Positions 11,635 to 23,228 of a DNA stretch of 64,000 bases are shown in pieces. The translations under genes and the position numbers were made by a program. Below the pieces are notes generated by a model. That model was not told the origin of the DNA. It made no database searches and was given only the letters and a program-made list of their open reading frames with translations. This stretch comes from Tricharina praecox (taxonomy: Eukaryota), in contig NW_026250403.1 of the NCBI RefSeq assembly GCF_024521635.1, positions 1,178,001 through 1,242,000 of the forward strand, read 5' to 3'. The first letter of the stretch is position 1, and every line of letters starts with the position of its first letter.

Positions 11635-11916
11635 TCACTCGTTCTCTCGTACCTTCGACACACGCACCCTGATCCCAAACAAAATCCACTTGAACAGACT
11701 TACGTGACATCCACATGGCAACAAGAACTTATGGCGACTCCCCTGCATGATAACAACCCTTGAGTTCCCGGTCCTAAGCGCACATTCAAAATGTATTGGA
11801 TGTCTATCCGGGCACGTGGACAATACGCACCGACGGTTCAACAAAAAGCAGGGGCGCAAGGGGTCAGGACTCGGGATAGGACTCTTACAAGAGCAGGTAG
11901 TCTGTATCGACAGCAT
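11635..11916 (-). CDS. Possible small Cys/His-rich (RING-H2-like) protein, 93 aa
   Basis: MLSIQTTCSC...CVLSTCPDRHPIHFECA...LPCGCH. The C-x3-H-x2-H-x2-C core resembles RING-H2; there is no other support. Confidence 0.3.
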   Translation of the reverse strand: MLSIQTTCSCKSPIPSPDPLRPCFLLNRRCVLSTCPDRHPIHFECALRTGNSRVVIMQGSRHKFLLPCGCHVSLFKWILFGIRVRVSKVRENE

Positions 11917-12469
11917 GGTTATTTCCGGCAGTAGTGGGTTCTCGCGGGTGGTGGATGAGAAGACGGCAATCTTAAGCAAACAAATGGCGTGGGTATTTAT
12001 ATTGAGAGCTGTCGCCAGTCCAACTTGCAACTTGGAGCAATTCAACCTGAATGTTGGCTTCAGCTTCCGTTATGTCTCAAAGGAAATAGCCGTGAATCTC
12101 AACCAATCGGTAAACACCGCCACAGACGGAATACCTACAGTCATACATGAGCCATCACTCACGCCACCCCGGACAGGAAGGTCGCTGTCTCCACCCGGAC
12201 CACACACCCAAGCGAGAGACGGACAGGACAGGACAGGGAGTGCCCCACTCTCGCTAAATCATAACTAGCCGTCAAGCCAGACCAAGCAACAAATGCGATG
12301 AGCGGAGAGATGAGCTCTCGAAAACGTTTGGTAGTAACTTGGTACCCCAATCCGGGAGAAGAATCGGCCCACACAGGTCCTATCTGATTTATATATACGC
12401 GTGCGTCCGTCTCTCCTTTCTTGCTCTCTATCTCTCCGTTGGACGCGAACGTGTCATTCGAACTCCATC

Positions 12470-14712
12470 ATGTCGAGTAATCCCCCCGCCCGTCTCCCAG
12501 AGCTCACAGCTGTGGAAGAAAGCTCGCTAACGCGTCTTTCACAGAAAAGCACTTCATCTCCTCCGACGCCAGCGCGCTCATCATCGCCTCGCTGTGCGGC
12601 GTGGCAGCCTGCCACCCGGGGCTCGTCATCTCCGAATCCGACAAAAGTCCCCCCTCCGCATCCCTCCCGCAATTCCCCGCGCTGACACAATACACGCAGT
12701 TATCTACCGCCCGCCCACCGTCCAAAAAGTCACCCTTCTCTCCGGTGGCGGTAGCGGCCACGAGCCCGCGCACGCAGGATATGTAGGTGAGGGAATGCTC
12801 GACGCCGCCGTCTGCGGCGAGGTCTTTGCGTCGCCGAACGCACGGCAGATAACGACGGGGTTGGAGGCGGTGGCTTCCGACAAAGGGTTTGTCCCTGCTC
12901 TCCCCTCAACGATGGATCCGGGCGCTGACGTGTGGCGGGTGTTAGGACGCTGGTCATCGTGAAGAACTATACTGGTGACAGGCTTAATTTTGCGTTGGCT
13001 GTGGAGAGGGCGAGGGCCCAGGGGAGGAAGATTGAGACTGTTACCGTCGGGGATGATGTGGCGGTGGGGAGGGAGAAGGGGAGTCTGGTGGGGAGACGTG
13101 GACTTGCCGGGACGGTGTTAGTGCATAAAGTTGCGGGGGCGGCGGCAGAGAAGGGGTACACTTCACATGTGACTGGGGCGGTGGTGGTAGTGATGCTAAT
13201 TGTGGATACAGACGGGATCTCAAAAACGTCACCGAGTTGGCGCTGCATGTCGCCAACAATCTTGCGACGGCGGGCGCGAGTCTGGGACACTGCACTATCC
13301 CCGGGCGTGAAGCCGCCAAAGAAGGGAAGGAAGTCGAAGAGGTCGCTGGCCTTGAGATCGGAACGGGAATCCACAACGAGCCCGGGTACAAGCGTATCAA
13401 TCCTATCCCACCGCACCCCGTTCTCATCGCAGAACTGCTATCCCTCTGCCTGGACACGACCGACACCGACCGTTCCTACCTCTTGCGCAAGCCACAAGAC
13501 AAAGTTGTGCTCCTGGTCAACAATCTGGGTGGGCTGAGTAACCTCGAACTCAACGTTCTCGTAGGGGAGACTCTTTCGCAGCTGAACTCCACTTATGGCA
13601 TCACTCCGGCGAGAGTATTCGCCGGGGCTTATGTAACCAGTCTGGATATGCCGGGGTTCAGCATTACGCTGTTGAATCTCCCGGTGGAGGGGGACATCAC
13701 CCCACAAACGGTGCTCGAACTCCTCGACGCGTATACCTCCGCGGTTGGCTGGAATGGGAGTATCAAGTCCGCAGTCTGGACGGCCCCACCGACGGTTGTC
13801 AAAACACCCACTTCTCCCTCCAAAGCGGCGAAACACAAAAAGAAAGATCTGCCGACTATAACATGTACCCACCCCCGCCCTCCCCCACCCCCACCTCACC
13901 CCACCCCATGCAGCCCTACCTACCCCACATATCCAAATCGGGCCGCTAACACCCCCACAGCGGACCCAACCCTAACGTTCCGGATCCTTGCCTCCATCCA
14001 CTCCCAAGTCAGCTCCGCCGAGCCATCGATGACCCACTTCGACACGCTCGTCGGCGACGGAGACTGCGGCACGACCCTCTTCGCCGGCGCCGAGTCCCTC
14101 CTAACCGCACTGATCAACACCTTCAACCTAGTCGAATGCGCGCTCCAAATCGCCACGACGATCGAGACGTCCATGGGCGGCACCTCGGGTGCGCTCTACG
14201 GGATTTTCTTCTCGGCCTTCGCAACCGGGCTCAAGCTGCAAGCACAAGCCGCGAACCAAGCGCAAGCCGCGGACGAAGACCTCTCCTCGCCGCCCACCTC
14301 GCCCATCGCCACCAGCATGCCCGCCATAAACGCCATAACCTCAGCCACGGTCAGCTTTGCGGCCATCGCCACCGCGAGCAGGCACGCGCTGGACACGCTG
14401 ATGAAATATACCCCCGCCCGCGTCGGCGATCGCACGCTGATGGACGCGCTGATCCCGTTCGTGGAGGCGATCCAGGCGCACCACGATGAGGGCGCGAAGG
14501 AGGCCCTGAGACGCGGACTCGAGGCCGCAGAGAAGGGATATGAAGCGACCCGTAAGATGAAGGCAAAGCTGGGACGGGCTAGTTACGTCAATGCTGTGGC
14601 GTTTGAGGGCGAGGGCGTGCCCGATCCGGGTGCGTTGGGGGTGGTGGCTGTGATTAGAGGGATTTTGGAGGGCGTGGAGAAGGAGGAGCGCGGTGGTGAG
14701 TCGGATGAATGA
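12470..14712 (+). CDS. DAK1: Dihydroxyacetone kinase (DhaK+DhaL fused); introns 12477-12544, 12647-12699, 12887-12945, 13156-13211, probably 13865-13960
   Basis: Spliced N-terminus [83 protein letters not shown]. Confidence 0.93.
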
Positions 14713-15040
14713 TTTTTTGTGGGGAGGGTGGGGAAGGTGGGGGACGAAGAATGGAGAGGTGGAGAGGGTGATTAGGGCATTGCTGATTTCGTCCAACTAT
14801 TCTATACCCGTTTTAATGAATCAAAGTCTTATTGAACCCTACATAAAACTCATTGGAAATCGTTATCGTGACATTAGTTGGGCAAAGGAAAGCAGTGAGC
14901 ATCGCCCATAGCTAGCTAAAAGTACAACACCAATCGCACGCAACAAAGAACCCCCCTTCCCCCATCCATCCATCCTACAGTACAGTACATACTAAACAAA
15001 AACCACCGCCCGATCGATAGTAATACAACCTCATCCCCCA

Positions 15041-18000
15041 TCACTTCTTCGCAACCAACTCCCTCCTCCTCCCGGCAATCTTGATCCCAGCCGTCCGTCT
15101 GACCACCTCGACGAGCGACCACTCCTTCCCCTTCGTCCTCTCGCGCTTCATAAACCTATCAACAGCGGCACTCTCCTTCCTGCTCAGGACGAGGAATCCC
15201 TTCTCGTCCAGAGCCAGGGACGACACCACCTCCTTGGCCAGTATCCGCTCCGGCCGGTCGAGCAGGACTTTATAGCACTTTGTGGCCTGCGACGGGGAGG
15301 TCGAGGATGAGGAAAGCACCAGGTCCAGGTGACGGTACTCCGCCTTTGACCATACCAGCCCCGAGGGCGCGGTGGAAACCGTCGTTATCTCGTCGAGGAG
15401 CGAGTCGATCAGGGTTTCCTCTCGCGCTTGGGGGGGAGGGGGGGAGGGGCGACTGGATGATGCAGTGGCAGTGGCGGCTTGCTTCTCAAGCATTCGGGGT
15501 GTGGTGCCGGCTGCTGTAGCAGTAGAAGTGGAAGTGCGACTGGACGACGCAACAGTCGCGGGCTTCTTAAACTTCAGTGTGGCAGGAGGCGGCGAGGTCT
15601 CGCGCGCCGAGCGTTCATTGAGTGCGGACTCGGTCTCATCGTCTATTGTGATTGCGCCGACCACTTCAGCCTGGCGACGGACATCGGAGCGCTGGCGGTC
15701 CCACTCCTCCAGCAGCGCTTTGGTGGCGTCGCCTACCAACTGCGAAGTGCTGCTGCCGACTTCCGTTGCGTTCTTGCCAGTCGCTTCGGATTCGACTAGT
15801 GCTGTGCGGTCGGCCGCCCGCTGCCGTGCGTCGATGCTGGTTTCGTCCTCGAAGTGGACGGAGCGGCCGCCGGGGGTGCGGGGGAGCCCAGAGGAGGTCT
15901 GTGCCGATGAAGGAGCATGAACAGGGGCGGGAATCACGGGTTTGCTGGGAGTCCACTTGAACGGGGAGAAGATACGCGCGAGGTAACCTGTCGGTGCTGG
16001 GGGTGACACCTGTGGAAGACTCGACGTCGGACTTGGAATACCCGTAGTGTCAACCGTAGTGTCAACCGTCGGGTATGAAATCTCCTCCTGTCCCGGCTCC
16101 ACATAGCTCTGAGGAAGAGTAGGGTAGGGTCGGGAATCGTCTTGCATCTCGTTGGTCTTATCTTCCTCTTCCTGGCTTTCGGGTGTCGGCGGACCATCGA
16201 AGTCGTTGCCGAACTCTTCTTCGATCATCTGCATGGACTCCTCAACCTCTAGTGCGTCGCTCATGATCTCGCTCGCTTCACGGACGAGAGTGAGATTGGG
16301 TGTTTCACGGTTAGTACGACGTTTGGAGGCGGGGGCATCGGGAATGTCGTCTTCGTGCTCGCGCTTATTGCCCTGCGCTGGGGTGACGATGCTCTGCGCC
16401 TTCTGCGGAGAAGGTATAACGACTCTGAGTGGCGGTGATGACGGGTAGAAACTCTCCTTCTGCGTCGTAGTCTCATCCCCCTGCTTTTGCTTGCCCTTGC
16501 CCTTGTCTCTGGATGTTGAGGAATCCGGCAGCCCGTAGAATGACTCCTGGGTAACAGGATCGTCTTCGAACAGCGGGCTCGCTGCCCTATTCGACGACCG
16601 ATGCTCAGCCTGAGGAGTAAATGATCTTCCAGTCGAGATATAAGAAAAATCGGCTTCGATGGGTTGGAGTAGCTCGTCTGAACGTAATGAAGATACTTCG
16701 TCCATATCCACATCTTCCTCTTCCTCTTCACCCCCCTCCTCCTCATCTGCGCCGTCGTGCAAACCAGTGCCCTCCTGTAGTGTTTTGGATGTATGTAAAG
16801 TTGCGGTAGAGATATACGTCATATCGAGATCGGCCTCCGGTGTATTTCCCGACTGCCACACTGAAGCCGTAGACAAATCTGCCAGCGCCTCTTCTTCGGA
16901 CATGTCCACATCCCCATCCTGTTCCTCCACGGTCCCAAACTGCGCTGTCAAGTCCGTACCATCATCTAGGAATCCGGACCGATCCTCTGGTAGGGCCATT
17001 GAACCCCCCTCACTGACGAGAAAACTCTCCCCAGCCGGGTTGGCAATGTTATCTCCAATGGGCCGATTCGAACCGGCCGATGCAACACTTTCGCCACGTC
17101 TAGAAATCCTACTGCCTTGCACCGACGCCACAGGGGTATTCGATTTCGCGGGCGACGGGGATGCCACCGAGTTCGGATCCCTTCCGGACAGAGCGTGCCT
17201 CTCGCCATTCGACATCGCCGAGGCTGACCTGGTGCTTCTCCTGGGTGTGGATGCCGGGGCCTCGATGTAGGATACGGGTGCAAGAGAAGATCTACGGGAG
17301 CGTGTTGACGCAAGGGTGGGAACCAGGGAAGTTCGTGGGGTCCTCGACTTGCGCCGCTTGCCGGGGGATTTGGAGGCGGATGTTTTCACGGCGGTGGTGT
17401 CCGCTGATAGTGATGAAGCCTTGGATAGAGATGTCAGCTTGAATAATATACGGCAGTGCAAATGCAGTTCTTCCATGTACACCGGTAGCCAGCCCTTGGA
17501 TGCATCCAGCTCCATGGTACGCAGTTCGTGGCTGCTGAGTGGGTCGCCTCGGTATCATGAATCAAGGATGCAAGGGGCAGGAATGTTCCAAGATCCAACT
17601 TGATCATACCCAGCTGAAAGCGGTGATACAAGCAGACATACGGTAACTGCCGAGTCGCAAGATGTGGTCATCGGGATTATGAGACACCCGTCCAGCCGTC
17701 CAGCCGTCCTCTGCGCAAGACAAAAAGCAAGAAAGGTCTTACCTCATGTTTCTCCCCATCGTCCTCCTCATCCACCTCCGCAGCTGTCGCTTTCGCCTTC
17801 ACCAGTGACGCCCTCTTCCATCTAGGGGTAGTGGCCGGTTTCGGTGTGACCGCCGCCTTTCTCGGGGATGTTCCAGCCGTCGATTTCACCACGGGAGTCA
17901 ACCGTCGCGGAGCCGTAGGTGTCGCACGCCTCCCCTTCGGTTTCATCGTCTCACTAGGGGACGAATCCAGCCCCTTGACCGGCACTTTTGTGGTGCGCGT

Positions 18001-18381
18001 CCGCGTAATTACACCCACCGAGCGATCGCGACTCTTTCTCTGGCGCGGGCTCGGCACCACCTCGACGTCCATGCCCTCGCCGGCAAAGCCCAGCGTGAAG
18101 CTCGGTGGTGCCATTCTGCCGCGCTCATCGCCGGAGCCGTCGGAGCCGGAGCCGTCGTCGCGCTCGGCTTCGACCATCACCTTGATTCGCCACGGGGAGA
18201 GGTGCGAGTTGGTGGTGGCCGTCATCTTGGTGGGTGAGTGCACCTGTACGGCGGATGTGCTTCGGGGTTGCGGCGTGCGGAGTGGCTTGGACGGGGAGCG
18301 TGACCGGGAGCGGCGCGAGGGTTCGGCGATGAAGGGGCCCGAAGATAGTGAGAGGGGATCGGGGGAGGAGTTGAACGGCAT
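15041..18381 (-). CDS. Large intrinsically disordered S/T/P/E-rich protein (N-terminal SSPDPL and SPWRIKV motifs, small folded C-terminal domain); splicing between 17404 and 17742 unresolved
   Basis: Two long co-oriented ORFs (17677-18381, 15041-17515) with a GTAAGA donor at 17742. The motifs resemble my recollection of fungal 'AT DNA-binding protein' hypotheticals. Confidence 0.65.
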
Positions 18382-19626
18382 TGTGTTTTTGGATAGCGGT
18401 GGTGGTGGTGTGTTGGCACACGACTAAGCTCGGGTTAAGCTCGAAGGCGACGGCTCTTTGACCCTGTCTGCGATAGTAAAGTATTGACGCGAACCAGGCG
18501 CGTTAATATGGTGCGTATTTTACAGTAGAGGCGTATGTCGAGACTCGCGTATGTCGAGTAATTGTAGCGCGCAGTTAAGTCAGAATCATGTGGTGTGTAG
18601 TGGTGAAGGTTAGGTGGTGGTGGTGGGGGCGTCATACCTTGATTTATTTTGCTTTAGTTGTTGACAGCGCGAGCACAGGGGGGAGCAACTGTTGTCAAGG
18701 CAACGAGTCATGATGAACGATTAGAGTGGTGTTGACAGGGTCGCACACATGCAGGAACCACACTGGTCGAATGGCAATCCCTGCCGAGTTATGGACAGCA
18801 TAAGAAATGGTTCTCTTTACATCTCTTGATCTCTTCTTCCCAGTACATGGTCAACAGAATAGTACTCCATATTCTTGCATTCTGAAGCTGGGGCTTCGTT
18901 TGTGTTTGTCACAATAGTAGGCGATTATGATACCTAAGTACCTATCACCAACAACGCATATTTCGATCTCGAGTTTACGCCGGCCCCGACGTTTCAGCTT
19001 GGGCGATACCGTACGTGGTGGATCTTTGCTTCTATGTGTGGATCTTTGCTTTCACATGTGGATCTACACACATATTGAACGGAGGGTACTTTGGACTTCG
19101 TGTATGTAGACGTTGAGAGCTTGGACCGACATCTCACGCTTTTGTGGGTTGTAATTCGTCGATCTACCGAGTGACGGCACGTGAAGGCCTATATGTGGAA
19201 GGCGATGGATGAGTACTATTCTGAATACTAGCATCATCTCCAGCAGAGATAATATTGATTGGATGACGAGGAATTCGATAGCCGGAAAAAGAACCTGGAA
19301 TCGAGGCTGGAGTCAGCCTGGGGGTTCGGATGAGTCACTGAAAATCAAGACTCGAGCAGGTGACTAGTACCCAGCGCCGAATGATATATAAACGATGAGT
19401 CCCACTTGAAATACCAGCTAGTTTAGAATCGCCATGGCCTTGAATGTGAGAGGAGGAGGAGCAGGAGGGCCATGGGCCCTGTGCTTATATTCACCCTCTC
19501 CCCCACCACCTTCCCCACAACCCCCAACTTCCAGCAAGTACATAGAACTATACACTGCAATACCCAACAGATAACCACTTCCATCCAAAACCACACATTA
19601 CATCACATCACATCACCACAGCCGCT

Positions 19627-20295
19627 ATGGACCAGCTCACAAACCTTACTGCCACAGTCACCACAGCGATCCAGGACGCCGCCGCGATCATCCATAACAC
19701 CGTCCCCAGCAGCAGCAGCATCAAGGCGGCGATCAGCAGCACTGCCACCGCGGTGCACTCCGCCGTCGCCGACACCACCGGCGCCATCCACACCGCCATC
19801 GCCGACACCACCATAGCCATCCACACGGCCGTGCATGACGCCACCAGCGGGCTGCACCCCGCATCCCCCAGCACCGCGGCGCCCTCGCCGACCACACGCA
19901 CGCCCGAGCAGCTCCGCGAGCGGGTAGGCACGTACAAGTACACGCACACATTACAGCAACGACTATCAGAGTACCACGTATTCCGGCGGCTGAATGCGGC
20001 GGGGCACGTGCAGGTGATGCTTGAGACGTCGATCGTGCCGCAGAAGAAGCTGTCGGTGCGCGCGGACCTGCGGTTCGGCGAGTTCGTGTTCCTGGTGCGC
20101 AAGCGACAGCTGCCGAAGGTCCCTGCGTCGACGGCCCTTTGGTGTATGGTCGGCGTGGAACATGAACTGCCACATGTTGCGATGACGATGGCGCAGATTC
20201 ATGCGAGACATGCGGACTTTGATGGGTGGTTGTATGTCGTTGTGAGGGAGGAGACGACGTTCGGGATGGCGTCGGGGGATGAGGGCGGTGACTAA
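19627..20295 (+). CDS. Divergent Atg8-family ubiquitin-like protein with ~100-aa N-terminal 11-mer-repeat extension, intronless, 222 aa
   Basis: aa ~102-213 align by eye to Atg8: KKLSVRADLRFGEFVFLVRKR vs [21 protein letters not shown], and MAQIHARHADFDGWLYVVVREETTFG vs [26 protein letters not shown]. Confidence 0.85.
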   Translation: MDQLTNLTATVTTAIQDAAAIIHNTVPSSSSIKAAISSTATAVHSAVADTTGAIHTAIADTTIAIHTAVHDATSGLHPASPSTAAPSPTTRTPEQLRERVGTYKYTHTLQQRLSEYHVFRRLNAAGHVQVMLETSIVPQKKLSVRADLRFGEFVFLVRKRQLPKVPASTALWCMVGVEHELPHVAMTMAQIHARHADFDGWLYVVVREETTFGMASGDEGGD

Positions 20296-23228
20296 CTGGT
20301 GCTACTGATGGAACGGACAGTGAATACCTAGCTCAATGACCGAGTACAGTTGGTTGTGGGTACGTACTTACATCCTACCTGAAGCTGCCACTCACCCATG
20401 AGCCATCAATGAATAATGCACCGTCGTCCATGGAACACTGCGTTCATAGCTCTTTTTTTTACCACTTCTGCTATCCCCCACGTGCAAGTTTTTGCTATTT
20501 AACACCTGCAACCTGTTTACTCGAATTTCGAAGAGCGAGTGAGAGAAAGAGAGAGAGAGAGCGCGCGAGAAACCATCAATTTACCGCCACATACGGTACG
20601 GCCATACTACCTATTCCACATCAGCCCCGTACCTCCCATCATCCATATGCCATTCCCACCAAGCCCACAGGGGGTGATATCCAAGAGGAAGAATTCCATC
20701 GCCCCCGGTCCGTTGCGATCGAATCGCGCGAGTACCTACATCTTGTGCATACATCGTCGGACTGCAAGAAACGAAGCTTCGACCAGCGCAGCTGCGCAGA
20801 TGGCCCGAGAAGACATTTGATCGCCGACGGGTTCGTTTCTTCAACGGCGGTCCCCCGTTCATGTGTCTGGGTCATTCACGATCGCCGGCTACCGGGCTAG
20901 TTGGGCCTTGGTGGTGATCAGTGATGATCCAGGCGGGTTGCCGACGGATGCCGACGGGACATGCGTGCAAGGGCTCAGGTAGTAGCGATTACTAGGCCGC
21001 TGTGTATGTGGAGTGCCGTTCAGCGTTGCGGTGACCGGCGAGCGGCGGTATGGTGGGACCAAAGTGCGATGGCGGGCAGACCCGATGAGGTCGCTTCAAC
21101 GTTGGAATGTTCTCCGTTGCTTTTTTGTATGTTCGTCTAGTCGGTCGGTCGGTCTCTTGTTCAACACATCAGACCTTATCCACCACCGCAGACATTATTA
21201 TCAATATGTTCAGTCTGGAGATCACAGGCTGCTTTTCTTTCTTGTTGCTTTTAGCCAATTGAATCAGTCTCATCAGTCGTCCACACCAGTCAAGGGTCTC
21301 TCACTAGGTACTCGGCGTAAAGCTTGAGCCGTGGATATTTCGCAGTGGACACTGGAGGGGCGCTCACACCCAGCCTGTGCACGACGATAGTTACATATCG
21401 GAGTGAGTGCCCGTGACCCACGACCCACGACCCATGCCACCCGCCCACCCGGTAACACTGATCGTGAGGCTCGGACTGCTCTACAACTAGCACTGTGCTC
21501 AGCCCGGCATCTGACTCTTCTCGAAATTGCCTCCGAGGCACTGTTTGCCAGCGGCATTGTTTCAATATCCTACATATAGGTATGTCGGCGCAGTTTAGAC
21601 TTCAGCGTAGAGGATTCCACAGCCCCACTGTTAGTTGTCGTCGCCGCCCTGTACGTAGTTGTCCGTGGAAGACGGCGCGGCGGCGTCTCCGTTGCAGTGC
21701 AGCGTTCCACATGGCTTCGGGGCATGCGCAGTGCACATGTTCAGCAGAAGCACCGAACCACCGCTTACTCTATGTCGTGCGCATCGCAGACTCGTACGAC
21801 TCGTGCATACCGGCAGTTACATATGTAACTACCCCTGCCACATCTTGCTCGGCGAGTGCGCACTGGAGGTTTGGAGAGAGGGTGACTAAGCTGATCACCA
21901 GCATCCGGCATGGGATGGAAGGATGTTCCTCCGCGCCCGATGCATAGAATCGGAGATATGTGCGACGAACAAACGGATATCTTTCCGCTCCAGTCTCCAG
22001 CAATGTCAGCACCTACCGCTGCAGTGGATGCTTTCGCTGCGGGGGAGGCGACGAATCACACATCGCAGTTGCTGGTGTGAGGGATGGATGGTGGTTTGGT
22101 AATGGTAATGGTAACGGTAGATAATCCTTCGAGAAGCGTATGCAGATACTTTCTTGGTTATGTGCGACATCTACCGTACTTCCCCGTGGTCGTATTGTTT
22201 GCTGCTGCCTGATGAAATTCCGCAAGGTGTGTATGTAGGCAACATCACCTCTCCAGGGTCTGTGCCTTATGTTGCTTCTATATAGCACATCCCGTACACA
22301 CTGTCGACGCCACTAACTACTAGATAACTAGTATTTGTGCATGGATACCGTAGATGGTTCAGGGCTGACGAAATCGCACGGTGGGGTTTCCCCACACTGC
22401 CCGGTCGAGCAACGGCAATCTTCTGCAGACGCCCGTATCGCCGCATCGGAAGGGAAGCCATCAGCACTCCACATTTCGTACATAGGTGGCACATATCAGC
22501 GACAACTCTGAGGACCGGGCGAGCGTGAAACAGCCTCCCAGCCTGCCTACCACGACGAACCGTCCCACTTCCTGCGTAACTACAGATCGTCACCTTCGAC
22601 GTGTGGCCCTCTAGGGGGGACCCCGGAATCTGTTGCTTGTGGCTGTGCAGAATCCCCCGACTTCCTCGCCTCGTGCATGGAATCGAAGCCATAGCCTGCC
22701 ACCCTGCCACCCTGCCACCCCACATCCCTCCCCCGCCTCAGCTCCCCGGCCTCCTAAGACGGAGTGGTCGGCGCCCAGCCGCATGGGCTTTGTGATCCCT
22801 CCTCAATGAGCCGTCTGTCTGATCCCCACCTGCAATATTCCATCACTGTCAGACTCGATTCGACATCCCAACGACAAGCCGAAAAGAAGAAGAAGACGGA
22901 GAAAAGGAAGGACTGACTCGAATTCAGCACAGCGACTTCTGTAACCACTGTAACCAACAAAAATACCCATACAACGACGATCCTGCTAGTACATCCGCAG
23001 CCCAGCCCCTCAAACTGGATCCACTGCACCAGATACATGGACGGTCCGGTCCGCCTCGCCAGCAGGTGCCTCGCCAACTAACCGAATCGTGACCGCGACT
23101 CGCAAAACAGCATACCAAAGCTAAAAATCAATATCTCGGCGGCGACCACCCGACGACGTCGTCTGCAGCAAGACGAACCTGATTTCCCCCGAACCCTTGC
23201 CCCGATTCGGCCTGTGCTTGGCGCCGCT

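Noticed and set aside
7817-20295. Acyl-CoA oxidase, DAK1 and the Atg8-like gene as a lipid-catabolism cluster
   Set aside because: The genes are interspersed with unrelated ones, in mixed orientation, with no shared motif seen; proximity alone is not evidence.
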